Shown here piece by piece: positions 38,388 through 49,457 of a DNA stretch of 64,000 bases (positions are counted from its first letter, which is position 1; every line of letters begins with the position of its first letter). The translations under genes and the position numbers were made by a program. Under the pieces are notes generated by a model. That model saw only the letters and a program-made list of their open reading frames with translations, was not told the origin of the DNA and did not search any database. Source of the stretch: Marinoscillum sp. (GTDB taxonomy: Bacteria; Bacteroidota; Bacteroidia; Cytophagales; Cyclobacteriaceae); NCBI RefSeq assembly GCF_040222955.1, contig NZ_JAVKCA010000010.1, positions 62,239-126,238 on the forward strand, read 5' to 3'.

Positions 38388-40877
38388 CTATTGTATTGTG
38401 ATCTGGCTTTTGCCATCATAATTATAAATCTTGATGTATAATTTTCCGGCATTGTTGTCATATGACCACATTCCCTGATCAACTTCAGATGTCAATAACT
38501 TTTTAAGCTTTGCCGATTTTAACTTGCGCCCATTTTGATGTACCATTTTGGGCTTACTACTGATTGCAAGTTCAATGTTGATGCTTCCTGATGAAACCTT
38601 ATAAGCATCATGTACCCTTTCAATAGTGATGACCTTTTGCCCCTCTTTACCCAACGTGTTTGCCACAAGTGTGCTCGTGAAAATATTCTTCTTGTAATCA
38701 TTAGTCACTCCATCATCTTCATAAAGTTTGAAAGAAGAAGGAACGTCAGAACCGTAAATTCGAAAAGTAATCGGGTAATCCTGAACTTGATGTATGTACT
38801 GCATTACCGGCATCATGGGAATAGTTGAACCTGATTTCACAAAAACAGGGATGTCATCCAAAGTCACAGGGTAGTCAATCCATCGACCTCCGACATAAGG
38901 TTGATCGCTAAAAAAGTCAATCCATTCTCCTGTTGGCAAATACACCTGTTTGACCTTAGCTCCGGGCTTAGTAACCGGGGCTACCAACAGCTCTTCTCCA
39001 AACATAAATTGATGTTCCGCTTTTAGAGTTTCTGGGTCGTTCGGGTACTCTAAAACCATGGCTCTCATAATTGGTATTCCGGTATCATAAGCTTCCCGGG
39101 CATAAGTATACAGATAGGGGAAAAGTTGATATTTAAGCTCTATCGCCTTTTTAGATGCAGATTCAGCTTGATCCCCAAACAGCCATGGCTCGACAGCATT
39201 GTTTCCTTCATGATGGGCTCGACTAATCGGGTTAAAAACTCCAAACTGAAGCCATCTCACATATAGCTCTGCCATAGCATCATAATCTTCTATGTCACCA
39301 CAATACCCAGAAATATCAGTTGCCCAGAATGGAATAAGTCCCATTCCTGCGGACAATGCGACTGGAATTTGGTTTTCAAACTGCTGCCAGCCTTCATGAA
39401 CATTGCCACCATTACCAGCGTCACCGGACCATCCAAAAGCGTAACGCTGCAGACCAGCGTAAGCAGCACGCGTCATTTGAAAGGGTCTCTGGTTCGGGTT
39501 GTGCTTTTCGAATTGCTCTGTAACCACCTTATCCCATGTTAGTCCATATACATTATGTATTTCTGCATGCATGCCAAGATGGTGCTTCATATAGAGACGG
39601 TCTGTGGTTTCCTGATTGCTCCAGGCCGGCTCACCCATATCAGTCCAGAAGCCCTTGACCCCTACATCCAAAGGCTTTTGCTGATACTGCCCCCACCAAT
39701 CAGCCACTTCAGGATGGGTAAAGTCCACTACACCACAGTTGCCTCCCCATGGCCAGGGCATGTCATACGTTTTGCCAGAGCGAACATCGATGGTAAAGTA
39801 TCCCAGTGAATCAGCTTCCTTCCACTGTTCAACGGTACTTTGGGAAATCACAGGATCCTGAGACACGATTACTTTAAATCCATCGCTGGCAAGATCAGTT
39901 AGCATTTGCTTAGGGTTTTGATATCTATCTTTCCTCCATTCAAAATTTTGGAGCCCTTCCACCCATCCAATATCTTGATAAATGATGTCACATGGAATTT
40001 GTCTCTCTCGATATCCAGCAGCAATTTCCCGGGTTAAAGCTTCATTGGTAAGCATTCCTCTGCTTTGAGAGAATCCCAGGGCCCACTCTGGTGGCATAAT
40101 TGGGTTACCCGTAAGCTGGGTATACCCATTGATGATTTCCTTATAGTCTTTGCCAAAGATGAAGTAAAATATCATTTCACCGTCTGGAGCTGAAAATGAA
40201 TAATAATCATCGGACGAGGCCCCAAAATCAAACTGCGTCAGGTAAGTATTATCAAAAAAGATCCCATAGTTATAGCTGCTCATGAAGAAAGGAATGCTCT
40301 TGTAGAGAGGGTCTTCATTCACTCCATAGCACGGCTTATCACTATTCCACATCTCATAGGTTTGACCTCTTCTATCCAGCGAGCCAGTCTTTTCTCCCAG
40401 TCCAAAAAAATGCTCATCGTCCCTGAGTAAACTAACAGCTTTCACTTCCGAGCCGGAGTATTGAAAGCCCTGAGCCTGATAACCTTCAAATAATAGTTTC
40501 TGCCACTTGTCAAATATCTGTAGCTGGAAGGGTTTGCGATTAACACGAATGCGCAAAGGCCCGGTAAAAATTTCATATGCAGAAGCTGACTCATTTACCT
40601 GAATACCATTGACCTGTTCCAGGTTTTCATTGACTACCGCAAAGGATTCATTATCGCGTTGGAATTTACCCTCAGGAGCGTACCAGACTTTCACTATTGA
40701 ACTATTCACCAATTTAAGTCTGACCTTCGCACTGTCTTCGCAATTAAATGTTATTTCAGAGCCTTTCACTGAGTAGGAGAGGCATTCTCCGAGCGTTTGA
40801 GCTTGACCAAACATGCTGAGATGTATCCCAACATACATAAGAAGTATTAGAAAATATTTCACGGCATTCATCTGCAT
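38388..40877 (-). CDS. Glycoside hydrolase family 31 alpha-glucosidase
   Basis: The catalytic nucleophile region GFWTDMGEP and the acid/base region FGWSGDAG are present. The length (829 aa) is collinear with GH31. Confidence 0.9.
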   Translation of the reverse strand: MQMNAVKYFLILLMYVGIHLSMFGQAQTLGECLSYSVKGSEITFNCEDSAKVRLKLVNSSIVKVWYAPEGKFQRDNESFAVVNENLEQVNGIQVNESASAYEIFTGPLRIRVNRKPFQLQIFDKWQKLLFEGYQAQGFQYSGSEVKAVSLLRDDEHFFGLGEKTGSLDRRGQTYEMWNSDKPCYGVNEDPLYKSIPFFMSSYNYGIFFDNTYLTQFDFGASSDDYYSFSAPDGEMIFYFIFGKDYKEIINGYTQLTGNPIMPPEWALGFSQSRGMLTNEALTREIAAGYRERQIPCDIIYQDIGWVEGLQNFEWRKDRYQNPKQMLTDLASDGFKVIVSQDPVISQSTVEQWKEADSLGYFTIDVRSGKTYDMPWPWGGNCGVVDFTHPEVADWWGQYQQKPLDVGVKGFWTDMGEPAWSNQETTDRLYMKHHLGMHAEIHNVYGLTWDKVVTEQFEKHNPNQRPFQMTRAAYAGLQRYAFGWSGDAGNGGNVHEGWQQFENQIPVALSAGMGLIPFWATDISGYCGDIEDYDAMAELYVRWLQFGVFNPISRAHHEGNNAVEPWLFGDQAESASKKAIELKYQLFPYLYTYAREAYDTGIPIMRAMVLEYPNDPETLKAEHQFMFGEELLVAPVTKPGAKVKQVYLPTGEWIDFFSDQPYVGGRWIDYPVTLDDIPVFVKSGSTIPMMPVMQYIHQVQDYPITFRIYGSDVPSSFKLYEDDGVTNDYKKNIFTSTLVANTLGKEGQKVITIERVHDAYKVSSGSINIELAISSKPKMVHQNGRKLKSAKLKKLLTSEVDQGMWSYDNNAGKLYIKIYNYDGKSQITIQ

Positions 40878-40947
40878 TAGTTTAAAGCACTAAAAGAACA
40901 GAAGGAAACCTGTCCCTTCTGCTCATTATTGCTGGTCAAGTATAAAT

Positions 40948-43332
40948 TTATTTGATAAATAATTTCTTGGTTATCTTCATTCCCTGCATTTGGAATTCTA
41001 TATGTAAAAGGCCTGATTCCAGCTGGTTCGTATCAATGATGAATTTCGAACCAATAACTTTTTGATGGAAGAGTTCTTTTCCAGTCAGATTTATTACGCT
41101 TATTTCAACGTTTCCATCAGCAAAGTCAGGCATATTGATGGTTATTTTATCACCAATTTCCACTGGGTTTGGATAAACAGCAAACACTTTATCATCAGAG
41201 AAATCATTAATACCATTAGTGGTTCTTGAACCCGAGGAAGTTTCTGTAAACTCCCAAATTTGACTATCGAGTCCATAATCTGTCCATTGATGAATATTCC
41301 CTCCGTTGTTGGTAGAGCCTGATTCAATGTCTAACACCTTCCCACTATGAACCGATCTAATTTTGAAATGATCATTCCCCGCATCTACAATTTCCCACTT
41401 CTGGTTATTATTCCCAAAATACTCCCATTGGTGAATGTTTGCACCATCGGATGTAGCGTTGGAAACTATATCCAAGCTCTTCCCACTCAATACTGAAATG
41501 ATACTATATTGATCATTACCAACGTCGGTAACTATCCATTTTTGACTTTCTCCACCGTGAGGGTCCCATTGGTGAATATTCCCCCCATCGACTAAAGAGC
41601 CTCCTTCCAGATCCAGTCTTTTCCCACTATGGAGTGATTGGATGGTGTAAGTAGCCCCTGAGGTAATGCAGCCTCCAGAATTGCAGCCACTATCCACGAT
41701 AGAGTAAGCCAGCGATTGATCATCGAAGAAAATGTCATAATCACCATTCTGACCAATATTAAATGTAATATTTGATCCCCCTCCTGTGGTCAAAGAAGCC
41801 GTGCCAGACAACCCATTGGCATCTCCCCAATCATCTCCAGACCAATCACTGGTATTAGCAAATTTAAGTTGATGATCACCGGCATTAACATTGACATTTC
41901 GGGCTTCCCATGTACCATTTACCAATGACATTGATATGTTAAGAGACCATCCTGTAAAAGTGCCCGCAACGTTCATTTGACTCTGATGTCCACTGCCCGT
42001 AGGTACTACTTTTAAAATGACACATCCGTGCGGCGGAACATCCACAGCATAGGAAGACATTTCACCAAGATCCTGGTGGGCCCAAAGGTCGCGCACCGAT
42101 GCATTTCCGCTAAACCCAAGCCAGCTAAAGTCTAAGCTCCTGTTACGGGTATTCTCCTCACGATTGAACAAGCCGACTATCCAGTCGCCATTGGACATTT
42201 GACCTGCCCATACCTGGCTGGATTCATCAGTAGGATCATTTGTAAATAATGGTTTTCCTACAAAGCCATCCTGATTTAAAGCCAGCATTTCCGTATTCTG
42301 ATAGAGCCATAGGTCATTGCCTATAGTATTATATTGATCTGCAACTGACAGTGGGCCTCCGGCCATCAGATTTAGGGAGATAACTGTCTTCTTCTCATCG
42401 TCATTGGCCATGGTATTTAATCGGATAAAGTCGCCATCCAGAATCATTTTGTTTCTACCAGAGATGTGTGACCAGTAAGTATACCCATCGAAAGTATTAT
42501 ACCATTGTGACCACCAGGAATGACGAATTCCGCGTTCGAAATCATTAAACCTCTGCCAGCCACCATGGCCTACATCTTCATTGATCCGAACCATATGACC
42601 ATACTCAATTTCTGTAGCCGCTTCGTTCTTCAAGTGAGGCATCACCAGACTAAGAAACATTCCATTTGCATCACAAGCTTCTTTCATCCATCTAAGCGCT
42701 GTTTCGTATTCTGAATGCGGACGGTTGACCCCTACGGTTCCCAGGTTTTTATCGTAACCATCTTCGAACCAGGACAGGAAGTCTACTCTAAGGTATGTGA
42801 CACCCATATCGGCGAAATGCTGGATGTAGCCCTTTACATATTCCTCGGCTCCAGGACGGTCTACCTGTACCCATGTGAACCAAAGCGCATTCTCAGTATC
42901 ATCGATAAGACTGGATAAAGGAATAGTAGTTCCTTTAATCAATGCGCCATTATCTGCAGAATACCGGTCTATCCATAGAGGGTTTTGATATATACCAAGT
43001 TCCATGCCTCTGCTTTGCAAGTTATTGGACCACCAGGCATAATCATGGGTCCAACTACCGTCGTGAGATGTTCTGTATCCATACTGATCATGAGGAACAT
43101 TTTCACCCCAGCCATCAATGCAAATCATATGATAACCATGCTGTTTTAAGTTTTGATCCATCCAATCGATATTGGCGGACCATTCACTTTCAGGTATGGG
43201 ACCATCAGTAGTAAAGTTATATTCATAGGGATTCCAGTACAAGGGCGCCTTGAAGGGATTACTCTGCGCTTGTATATTAAAATACATAGCTAAAAACGGC
43301 ATTATCAATACCACGAACTTCATGTGTCTCAT
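40948..43332 (-). CDS. GH27-like (clan GH-D) glycoside hydrolase with three ricin-type (CBM13-like, QxW) lectin repeats and C-terminal T9SS sorting domain
   Basis: Its TIM-barrel blocks resemble those of GH27: [10 protein letters not shown] matches [18 protein letters not shown] matches KLGIY, and YLRVDFLSW matches YLKYDNC. Three beta-trefoil repeats end in ESQKW, NNQKW and DSQIW. The C-terminus ([41 protein letters not shown]...) is a T9SS CTD. Confidence 0.65.
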
Positions 43333-43372
43333 TTTGTTTAGGGTTTAGTTAAATAAAGAGCTCTAGTTTGAG

Positions 43373-46057
43373 TTAATTGACCTTGGTTAATTGTACATAG
43401 TCCAGTATAGCTTCATTGATTTTTAAATTCATATTTTCATCAGATGGCTGAAAGGCCAGGAATAATTCGTGCGTACCAGCAGGCAGGTACGTCTCCACTT
43501 CATTGGTCATTCCCCAGCTCGACCACTCTCCTTTGCCTCGCTGAGGCATTATTATAGAACCATACCTTTGGCCGTCAACGAAAAGGGTACGTATTGCACA
43601 TTTATTATCTGTATTCCAGGGGCCACTTCCATTGGCATAGCGGAAGCAGATAAGATATTTTCCTTCGCTCTTTACACTTATCGGGATTTTTAACTCTGTG
43701 TTATCCTCTTTTGAGATCCTCACAAACCCACTACCACTATAGCTGACCAGACTTGCACTGTCTCTCGAAGCGAAATTTTCCACTTCAATTTTAACTACCT
43801 GATCATTATAATGAGCAACAGGCATGCTTGTGAATGATGAAACTCCCTGCTGGTCTATACCCATCACTTTGTACTGTCCATTGGCATCTTCCGGTATCAA
43901 GTAAGTGGTGTCATTTGTTTGATGCACCTCTTTGCCGTTCAGGAAAACCAGATACCTGGCGGCTCCATTAATCTTTTCCCATCGAATCAGACGGTTTTCC
44001 AAACGCACTATGGGTTCTGGTAGAGATACTTTGTTTTGTACCATGTTATAACCACGATGTTCTGCTGCTTGGTTGTTCATTTCGATCACAACCTGATGAT
44101 GTCCCTTATATTGGGCAGGTATTTCTATATTTTCCTTTTCTACTCCATCAACTAAAAATCGTGTGACCTCATCTCCGTATCCTCTCACCTCAATGTCCAG
44201 AGTGGCATCTCTATACCGAAACCCTTTAACTTGTTTGATCCCTTGGTAAGCCTGCGGTATAAATGGCTGGAATAAGAGCTTATCCGGCTGAAAAGACATT
44301 CCCAAAAAGACCCTGTAAACCATAGCGAGGTTTCCTGCCATACTCCAGAGCATTCTATCGGAGTTGATTTGTGTGTTGGCATAATCTCCACTCTCCGCCA
44401 CGAAATTTTCCTTGTTGGTAGTAAAAAGTGCAGCAGGGCGATATATTGAAGCCAAACCATGTAGCAGTGCCTGTTCGTTTCCAGCTTTTTTTACCGCCAG
44501 GTTCCAATATCCCTGCACAAATGGCCAAATTCCGTTGTTATGGTAGGGAGGTACATTAGGAATCTGTGGATAGATACATGGAATACCAAAAGGCATAACC
44601 GGAGTATTCGCCACCACCTTTTGGATACGCTCCGGCGAGGCCACACCATAGAGAATGCTCAAAGCTTCACCCAGTGCTTCGGAGCGTGGAGATGCATTCA
44701 TGTAATGACGACCATAGAGGTATTGATTGTAGTAGCTCTTTTCACTGTTCCATAAATTTTCATTTATAGCGCTTCGCACAGACTCAGCCATTTCTGAATA
44801 CTGTTCACTGGCGACACCTTCACCCAGCTCTGCAGCCATAAAGGAAAGTATCTCCAACACCCTGGCATACACCACGTTGGTGCCGAGGTTCAGCGACTGG
44901 GAAATATCCACATTATCCATCCAGTTAGGATAAGTTTGCTCCCTCCAATCCAAAAAGGAAGACTCTCCTTTGAAGAGGCCAGTATTTTGGTCATAGACAG
45001 TCTGAAGGTCATCATTCAAAGTATTACCAATAATATGGTAGGTTTGCTTAAGCCACTCCATATCGCCTGTTGCCACATATACCTCCCAGGCAGCAAGTGA
45101 CCAAACCACACGATCTGAAGATACAGGCCAGGCACCTCCCGAACCAGTATCTTGTATGATGCGATCACGTTCATTTACTTTCTTCATCAGGCTTATCCTG
45201 GCAACGGCAGGTTCGATGTAGGCAAAAGCCAATAGAATGCTATAGCTGATATCTCGGGTCCATACCCCTGACCATTCTTTCCCGGTTCTGAAGGTGCTGT
45301 CTTTTTCTATATTATGGATCATTTCATCCAGAGCCATATTGTGAAGCGCATCCACAAGCAGTTGATCGGAGGTATAGGACGGATAGTTAGAGATGTCATT
45401 TTGAAGCATCCACTGCTGTTCTGTCGGAGCTTCAGGGTCATGAGGGTTCAGGATAAACGTGCTTTCATATATACCATCAGCATCCGGGTCTTCCAGCAGA
45501 TATGAAGGATTATTGTGCAGGTTATCAAAATCCCAGCTCAATGGTGCGGAACCTCCTGCAATGTACACTCCTTTAAAATCCTCCTGACGAATCCGATCGC
45601 CACTAAAAGTGGTATAATATCCTTTTTCCTGAAATTGCTTCAGGACATTACTCATATCTACACGAATTGTAAACCTTGTATTAGCCGGTAGCGTTTTTGG
45701 CGCATCAGGTTTTATATAGGACACAGGGTCTTTGGTTCCGAAGCTAATGACCGGCGAAATGAACGCTCCATTCTCAGGCACTACCGTCAATACATGATCC
45801 TGACCGGAGGGAGCCTCATTGTCTTTCCCATTAATAGCAAACTTGAATGACAAGGAAGAAGCGTAATGTGTTCTTGCAGGACTTTTATAATCAGAAACAA
45901 TGTGGGTCCTATCAAGAGCCTTTGCCAGATAGGGTCCTTGCACCACTTTGTCAGAAAAAACTGTATAGTTCTCTGACTCATAAAGTACTTCCGACTCACT
46001 ACATCCCATAGGTCCCATAACAGCGACTAGTGTATAAAGAAAATATCTAAACTTCAT
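43373..46057 (-). CDS. (alpha/alpha)6-barrel glycoside hydrolase, GH15-like (glucoamylase/glucodextranase superfamily) lipoprotein
   Basis: Lipobox GPMGCSE. KEWSGVWTRDISYS matches the GH15 WTRD region, and AAWEVY is a WEE-like acid region. The 894 aa size includes an N-terminal beta-sandwich, as in bacterial GH15 enzymes. I cannot exclude GDE_C or GH63-type alternatives. Confidence 0.55.
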   Translation of the reverse strand: MKFRYFLYTLVAVMGPMGCSESEVLYESENYTVFSDKVVQGPYLAKALDRTHIVSDYKSPARTHYASSLSFKFAINGKDNEAPSGQDHVLTVVPENGAFISPVISFGTKDPVSYIKPDAPKTLPANTRFTIRVDMSNVLKQFQEKGYYTTFSGDRIRQEDFKGVYIAGGSAPLSWDFDNLHNNPSYLLEDPDADGIYESTFILNPHDPEAPTEQQWMLQNDISNYPSYTSDQLLVDALHNMALDEMIHNIEKDSTFRTGKEWSGVWTRDISYSILLAFAYIEPAVARISLMKKVNERDRIIQDTGSGGAWPVSSDRVVWSLAAWEVYVATGDMEWLKQTYHIIGNTLNDDLQTVYDQNTGLFKGESSFLDWREQTYPNWMDNVDISQSLNLGTNVVYARVLEILSFMAAELGEGVASEQYSEMAESVRSAINENLWNSEKSYYNQYLYGRHYMNASPRSEALGEALSILYGVASPERIQKVVANTPVMPFGIPCIYPQIPNVPPYHNNGIWPFVQGYWNLAVKKAGNEQALLHGLASIYRPAALFTTNKENFVAESGDYANTQINSDRMLWSMAGNLAMVYRVFLGMSFQPDKLLFQPFIPQAYQGIKQVKGFRYRDATLDIEVRGYGDEVTRFLVDGVEKENIEIPAQYKGHHQVVIEMNNQAAEHRGYNMVQNKVSLPEPIVRLENRLIRWEKINGAARYLVFLNGKEVHQTNDTTYLIPEDANGQYKVMGIDQQGVSSFTSMPVAHYNDQVVKIEVENFASRDSASLVSYSGSGFVRISKEDNTELKIPISVKSEGKYLICFRYANGSGPWNTDNKCAIRTLFVDGQRYGSIIMPQRGKGEWSSWGMTNEVETYLPAGTHELFLAFQPSDENMNLKINEAILDYVQLTKVN

Positions 46058-46134
46058 CTGTTCTTATTATTTGGAATCTGTCGGACAAAAAAACCTGTTC
46101 CGACGCATTAACTTTTATTTCGAGATGACTCATT

Positions 46135-47889
46135 TCAGTATTCCACAACCAACATGTCCCAGAAAGTTAGAGACGGTAGCGTAAGTGAAACCTGGCTAGC
46201 ATTTTGAGCAAAATCAAGCTCCTGGGATACTCCCTCATTTACGTCCGGGGAAGCCCACCATACTTTAGTTATCGGTTGATCGCTGATAAAATTGACCCTG
46301 AAGTTTTTCACTTCTGTTGGAAAAGGCTGGGTGCCATCAGTATCACGCCAATTCAGACTATTAGCACTATTAAAATTGATTAAATGTACTACCCGCCTAT
46401 TACTGAATTCTTTGGCAAACGCGGACACATGCCCCATTTGGGGTGGCCAGGAACTTATGGTTACTTTGCCATCACCGGATTCCAATTCGGGGTATATAAA
46501 TTCACCCCCATCCCTAAGTAAATTCTGATAGGCCACCATAAAGTCATAATACTCCAGTAGCGCTTTCTTCAGGTCACCCCGTATTTTCAGATTGTTGTTA
46601 GGAAAGTATTCTTTAGCTAGCATATGCTCTCCCAACTCCAAATGTGCTCCTCCAAACCCAAAGATTACGGCATCTGTGAGGAGTACAGCCGGAGTGTTAA
46701 ATGATCCGGGACTATTAGCCAAATCATAGTTCATATATGCAGCAAGTACCGTATTTAGTTCACCGTTGCTCCACTCATTATTTTTAAGGATAATGTCTGC
46801 AAGCGCCTTGTAGGTATTGTTGGGATCCCAAACTTCAGTGTAAGCAAAATCCACCGCAGTATTCAATATCTCCGATTGCCCATATTGATTAACAGCATTA
46901 AGCACCATCTTCTTATCCGGAAATCCTGCATGGAGATGGTTTAAAAAGGGGGCATAAGTTTCGTTCAGGGAAATAGCATTTCCGAAATAATCGTACACGT
47001 TCCCACGGTTACCCAACTGATCAAGGTGCCAGCCGTCAAACTCCAGGTGATCGTATACCAATGCAGTCTTTTCAAAAATGTACTTTTGCCACTCTTGGTT
47101 TGCAGGGTTGGTCACCAGAATGTCGCTTTGCCAATCATCCGGAAGATCATGCTTATTCACATTCTGGTGATTGGCATCACTGTATATCATCCACTCTTCT
47201 GATACGCCATCCATGTCATAATCCTCCCACGCTCCATAGAGCAGGTTATATTGCATAGAAGCCATATTTAGTTCATGAGCCCTACTAATGTAACTTTCAA
47301 CTGATGCAAAGGAGATAGGTCTTCCGATAACATCTACCCAGGTTGAAGCCGGACTGGTACCATTCATTTTAAGTGGCGAATGGTGCTTATTGTGCCAATC
47401 ATAATACTGTAGACCGTTGATATGATAATCTTTCAAATTTGAAAGGATGTCTGTTATGTCATTCTCTGAAAGATCTCCAAACTCCGATAAGAAGCCGTAC
47501 CTGGGAAATCTGGTCCAGTCTGATGAAACATCTATTGCTACGGTGCTGATGACCTGCTCTTCGCCATTTACAACATGAAAAAAGTCAACCATATACCCCT
47601 TGAAATCATCAGTGGGGGGTGTCCAGGTCCAGGTCTTGCTGGTCATTGGCTCCTCCGCAAGGACTTCATTCAAATGGCTGTACCTGATAATTACCTCTTC
47701 TGGCAACTCATCAGCGGTGAAAATCACCTCGGTGCCAGGAGTATATCTTGCCTGATCTGTTACTACTCTAAGACTGATGTTTGCTACTGAATCCTCAGGT
47801 ATGTATACGAATTCACCGTCATTTTCCTTACAACCAAAGAAAATGGACAACAGCAAAATCAAAATCATATTTACTAAATCGCTCCTCAT
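46135..47889 (-). CDS. Glycoside hydrolase family 66 dextranase-like lipoprotein
   Basis: Lipobox SIFFGCKE. Segments GLQYYDWHNKHH and FDGWHLDQLGN fit GH66 catalytic blocks. Its ~590 aa lipoprotein size is like Bacteroides GH66 dextranase. The likely start is the ATG at 47889 (MRSDLVNMILILLL); the track ORF extends to 47934. Confidence 0.65.
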   Translation of the reverse strand: MRSDLVNMILILLLSIFFGCKENDGEFVYIPEDSVANISLRVVTDQARYTPGTEVIFTADELPEEVIIRYSHLNEVLAEEPMTSKTWTWTPPTDDFKGYMVDFFHVVNGEEQVISTVAIDVSSDWTRFPRYGFLSEFGDLSENDITDILSNLKDYHINGLQYYDWHNKHHSPLKMNGTSPASTWVDVIGRPISFASVESYISRAHELNMASMQYNLLYGAWEDYDMDGVSEEWMIYSDANHQNVNKHDLPDDWQSDILVTNPANQEWQKYIFEKTALVYDHLEFDGWHLDQLGNRGNVYDYFGNAISLNETYAPFLNHLHAGFPDKKMVLNAVNQYGQSEILNTAVDFAYTEVWDPNNTYKALADIILKNNEWSNGELNTVLAAYMNYDLANSPGSFNTPAVLLTDAVIFGFGGAHLELGEHMLAKEYFPNNNLKIRGDLKKALLEYYDFMVAYQNLLRDGGEFIYPELESGDGKVTISSWPPQMGHVSAFAKEFSNRRVVHLINFNSANSLNWRDTDGTQPFPTEVKNFRVNFISDQPITKVWWASPDVNEGVSQELDFAQNASQVSLTLPSLTFWDMLVVEY

Positions 47890-47972
47890 TGTATGCTTTT
47901 TTACAAGTGGCGGTGGTAACTCAACCACCGTCACTTGTGTTTATTAATCATTATCTGAAAATTACCCTTACA

Positions 47973-49445
47973 CTATTGCCGTTCTATGGTCATCACTTCG
48001 GCATCCAGGTCAAAGGTGATCTCATAGTTGCCGGCAGCTCCTGAGGCAAGTTTCCACTTATTATCAGGGCCATCACATCCCTGAGTCACAATGTAATTTG
48101 TATTTGTAAGAGACTGATTTTCTGTAGCAGCGTTAATCCACTCGCCATCACACCAATCTCCGGAAAACTTGGAAAACTTGAATTCACCTGTGGCGTTTTC
48201 CGCACCTAATGAGCCATTGAAAGTATAAATTCCACTGCTGTAAGTCAGTGGCTCAGGACTCGCAATGTTCCAGCCGTTTGGACCACCATCTCCTATCAAA
48301 TACAGGTTTACGGGATCAATAGAAATGGTACTTTCAAGGGTGTTTAGTGAGATTTTATATCTACCCTCTGTCTCTGAAGTGATTTGCCATTTATTGTCTA
48401 CATCGCAACCGGCATTTTGGTCTACCTTGTCGGAGGTAATATCCTGATGGTTTTCCAATGGTCTGAACCATTCTCCACACCAGTCACCAAGAGGACCTGC
48501 GAAAATCTTGAATTCACCTGGTGTCAAATGCGCTTCATAGGTAAATATGAACGGATCATTTGGGCTTTGAGTCATCTCCTCCGGTGTGTCTACAGTCCAA
48601 CCACTAGGAGTTGCATCTCCGACTATCCACAGGGTGGAGAATGCCGGACCTTCAAAGGATTCTATGCTGATAGTACGTGCAATTAAGTCTACCGCAATAA
48701 GATACTGTCCCCCTTCTGTAATCCTCCACTGCAGGTCATCGCCGCTTCCGCCTTCATTGTATATCAGCACTGTTGAGTCAGATGGATCTTTAGTGTAGAA
48801 ATCCTGGCACCAGCAATCTTCCTGATTTACAGCCAACTTGAAGCTACCTGGAGAAAGCGCACCCTGATAAGTAAAGACCCCTGCTTCACTTGCTGGAGTC
48901 ATAGCTGTAGCATTGGCAATGTCCCAGCCATTTGGTGTGGCGTCACCTACCATGTAAAGTTCTGCAGATACCGGCTTGTAAGGAGTAACTACAACCGAAG
49001 CGGTGTCCACCTGAGCTTCTCCGTTACCGTTTGCAAGTGTGGCTGTGATTCGTGCCTCTAAAACTAACGGCTTACCATGCTCAGCGCTAAAAGTAGAGAG
49101 CAAAATGCTATTTAAGGTGCTGTGTTCATAGGAAAAGGTGAAGGTATTCTTACCCATATCGTACGCAAGTGGTGAAGCAAAGTCATTTCCTTGAAGGTCT
49201 ACTTCAAGCAAGTAGTCAATAGAAGATCCGGAACCCCCATTATTTGCTGGTGTCCAGTTAAAAGTAAGTTGGTTAGATGCAAACTGTTGCTGCAGCACCA
49301 ACACACTATCAGAAGAGCGAAGACTAAGCTGCCCATCTTTTGTGATCTCGTTATTTTCCAGTTCGTTCTCACAAGACGTTGCGGAAAGAACGATTAAAAC
49401 TGAGGCCCAGAAAGAGAATAAACTGATTTTATATGAATTTTTCAT
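47973..49445 (-). CDS. SusE/SusF-like outer-membrane lipoprotein (tandem beta-sandwich glycan-binding domains)
   Basis: Lipobox LSATSCENE. It is directly downstream of susD in the PUL. Repeated about 100-aa segments carry the conserved W/GD..P.GW pattern (e.g. MVGDATPNGWDIANA, IVGDATPSGWTVDTP, LIGDGGPNGWNIASP). Confidence 0.6.
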   Translation of the reverse strand: MKNSYKISLFSFWASVLIVLSATSCENELENNEITKDGQLSLRSSDSVLVLQQQFASNQLTFNWTPANNGGSGSSIDYLLEVDLQGNDFASPLAYDMGKNTFTFSYEHSTLNSILLSTFSAEHGKPLVLEARITATLANGNGEAQVDTASVVVTPYKPVSAELYMVGDATPNGWDIANATAMTPASEAGVFTYQGALSPGSFKLAVNQEDCWCQDFYTKDPSDSTVLIYNEGGSGDDLQWRITEGGQYLIAVDLIARTISIESFEGPAFSTLWIVGDATPSGWTVDTPEEMTQSPNDPFIFTYEAHLTPGEFKIFAGPLGDWCGEWFRPLENHQDITSDKVDQNAGCDVDNKWQITSETEGRYKISLNTLESTISIDPVNLYLIGDGGPNGWNIASPEPLTYSSGIYTFNGSLGAENATGEFKFSKFSGDWCDGEWINAATENQSLTNTNYIVTQGCDGPDNKWKLASGAAGNYEITFDLDAEVMTIERQ

Positions 49446-49457
49446 ATCGATAATATT

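Noticed and set aside
37998-38482. Two short minus-strand ORFs (85 and 70 aa) in the 400-bp gap between GH31 and the TonB receptor
   Set aside because: They have no signal, low complexity, and are most likely non-coding spacer with a weak terminator-like hairpin (about 38334..38357). They might hide a promoter for the receptor.
46058-46134. Possible hairpin between the GH15-like and GH66 genes
   Set aside because: It has only a 6-bp stem with a 13-nt loop. This is not convincing as a terminator, and the genes are probably co-transcribed.
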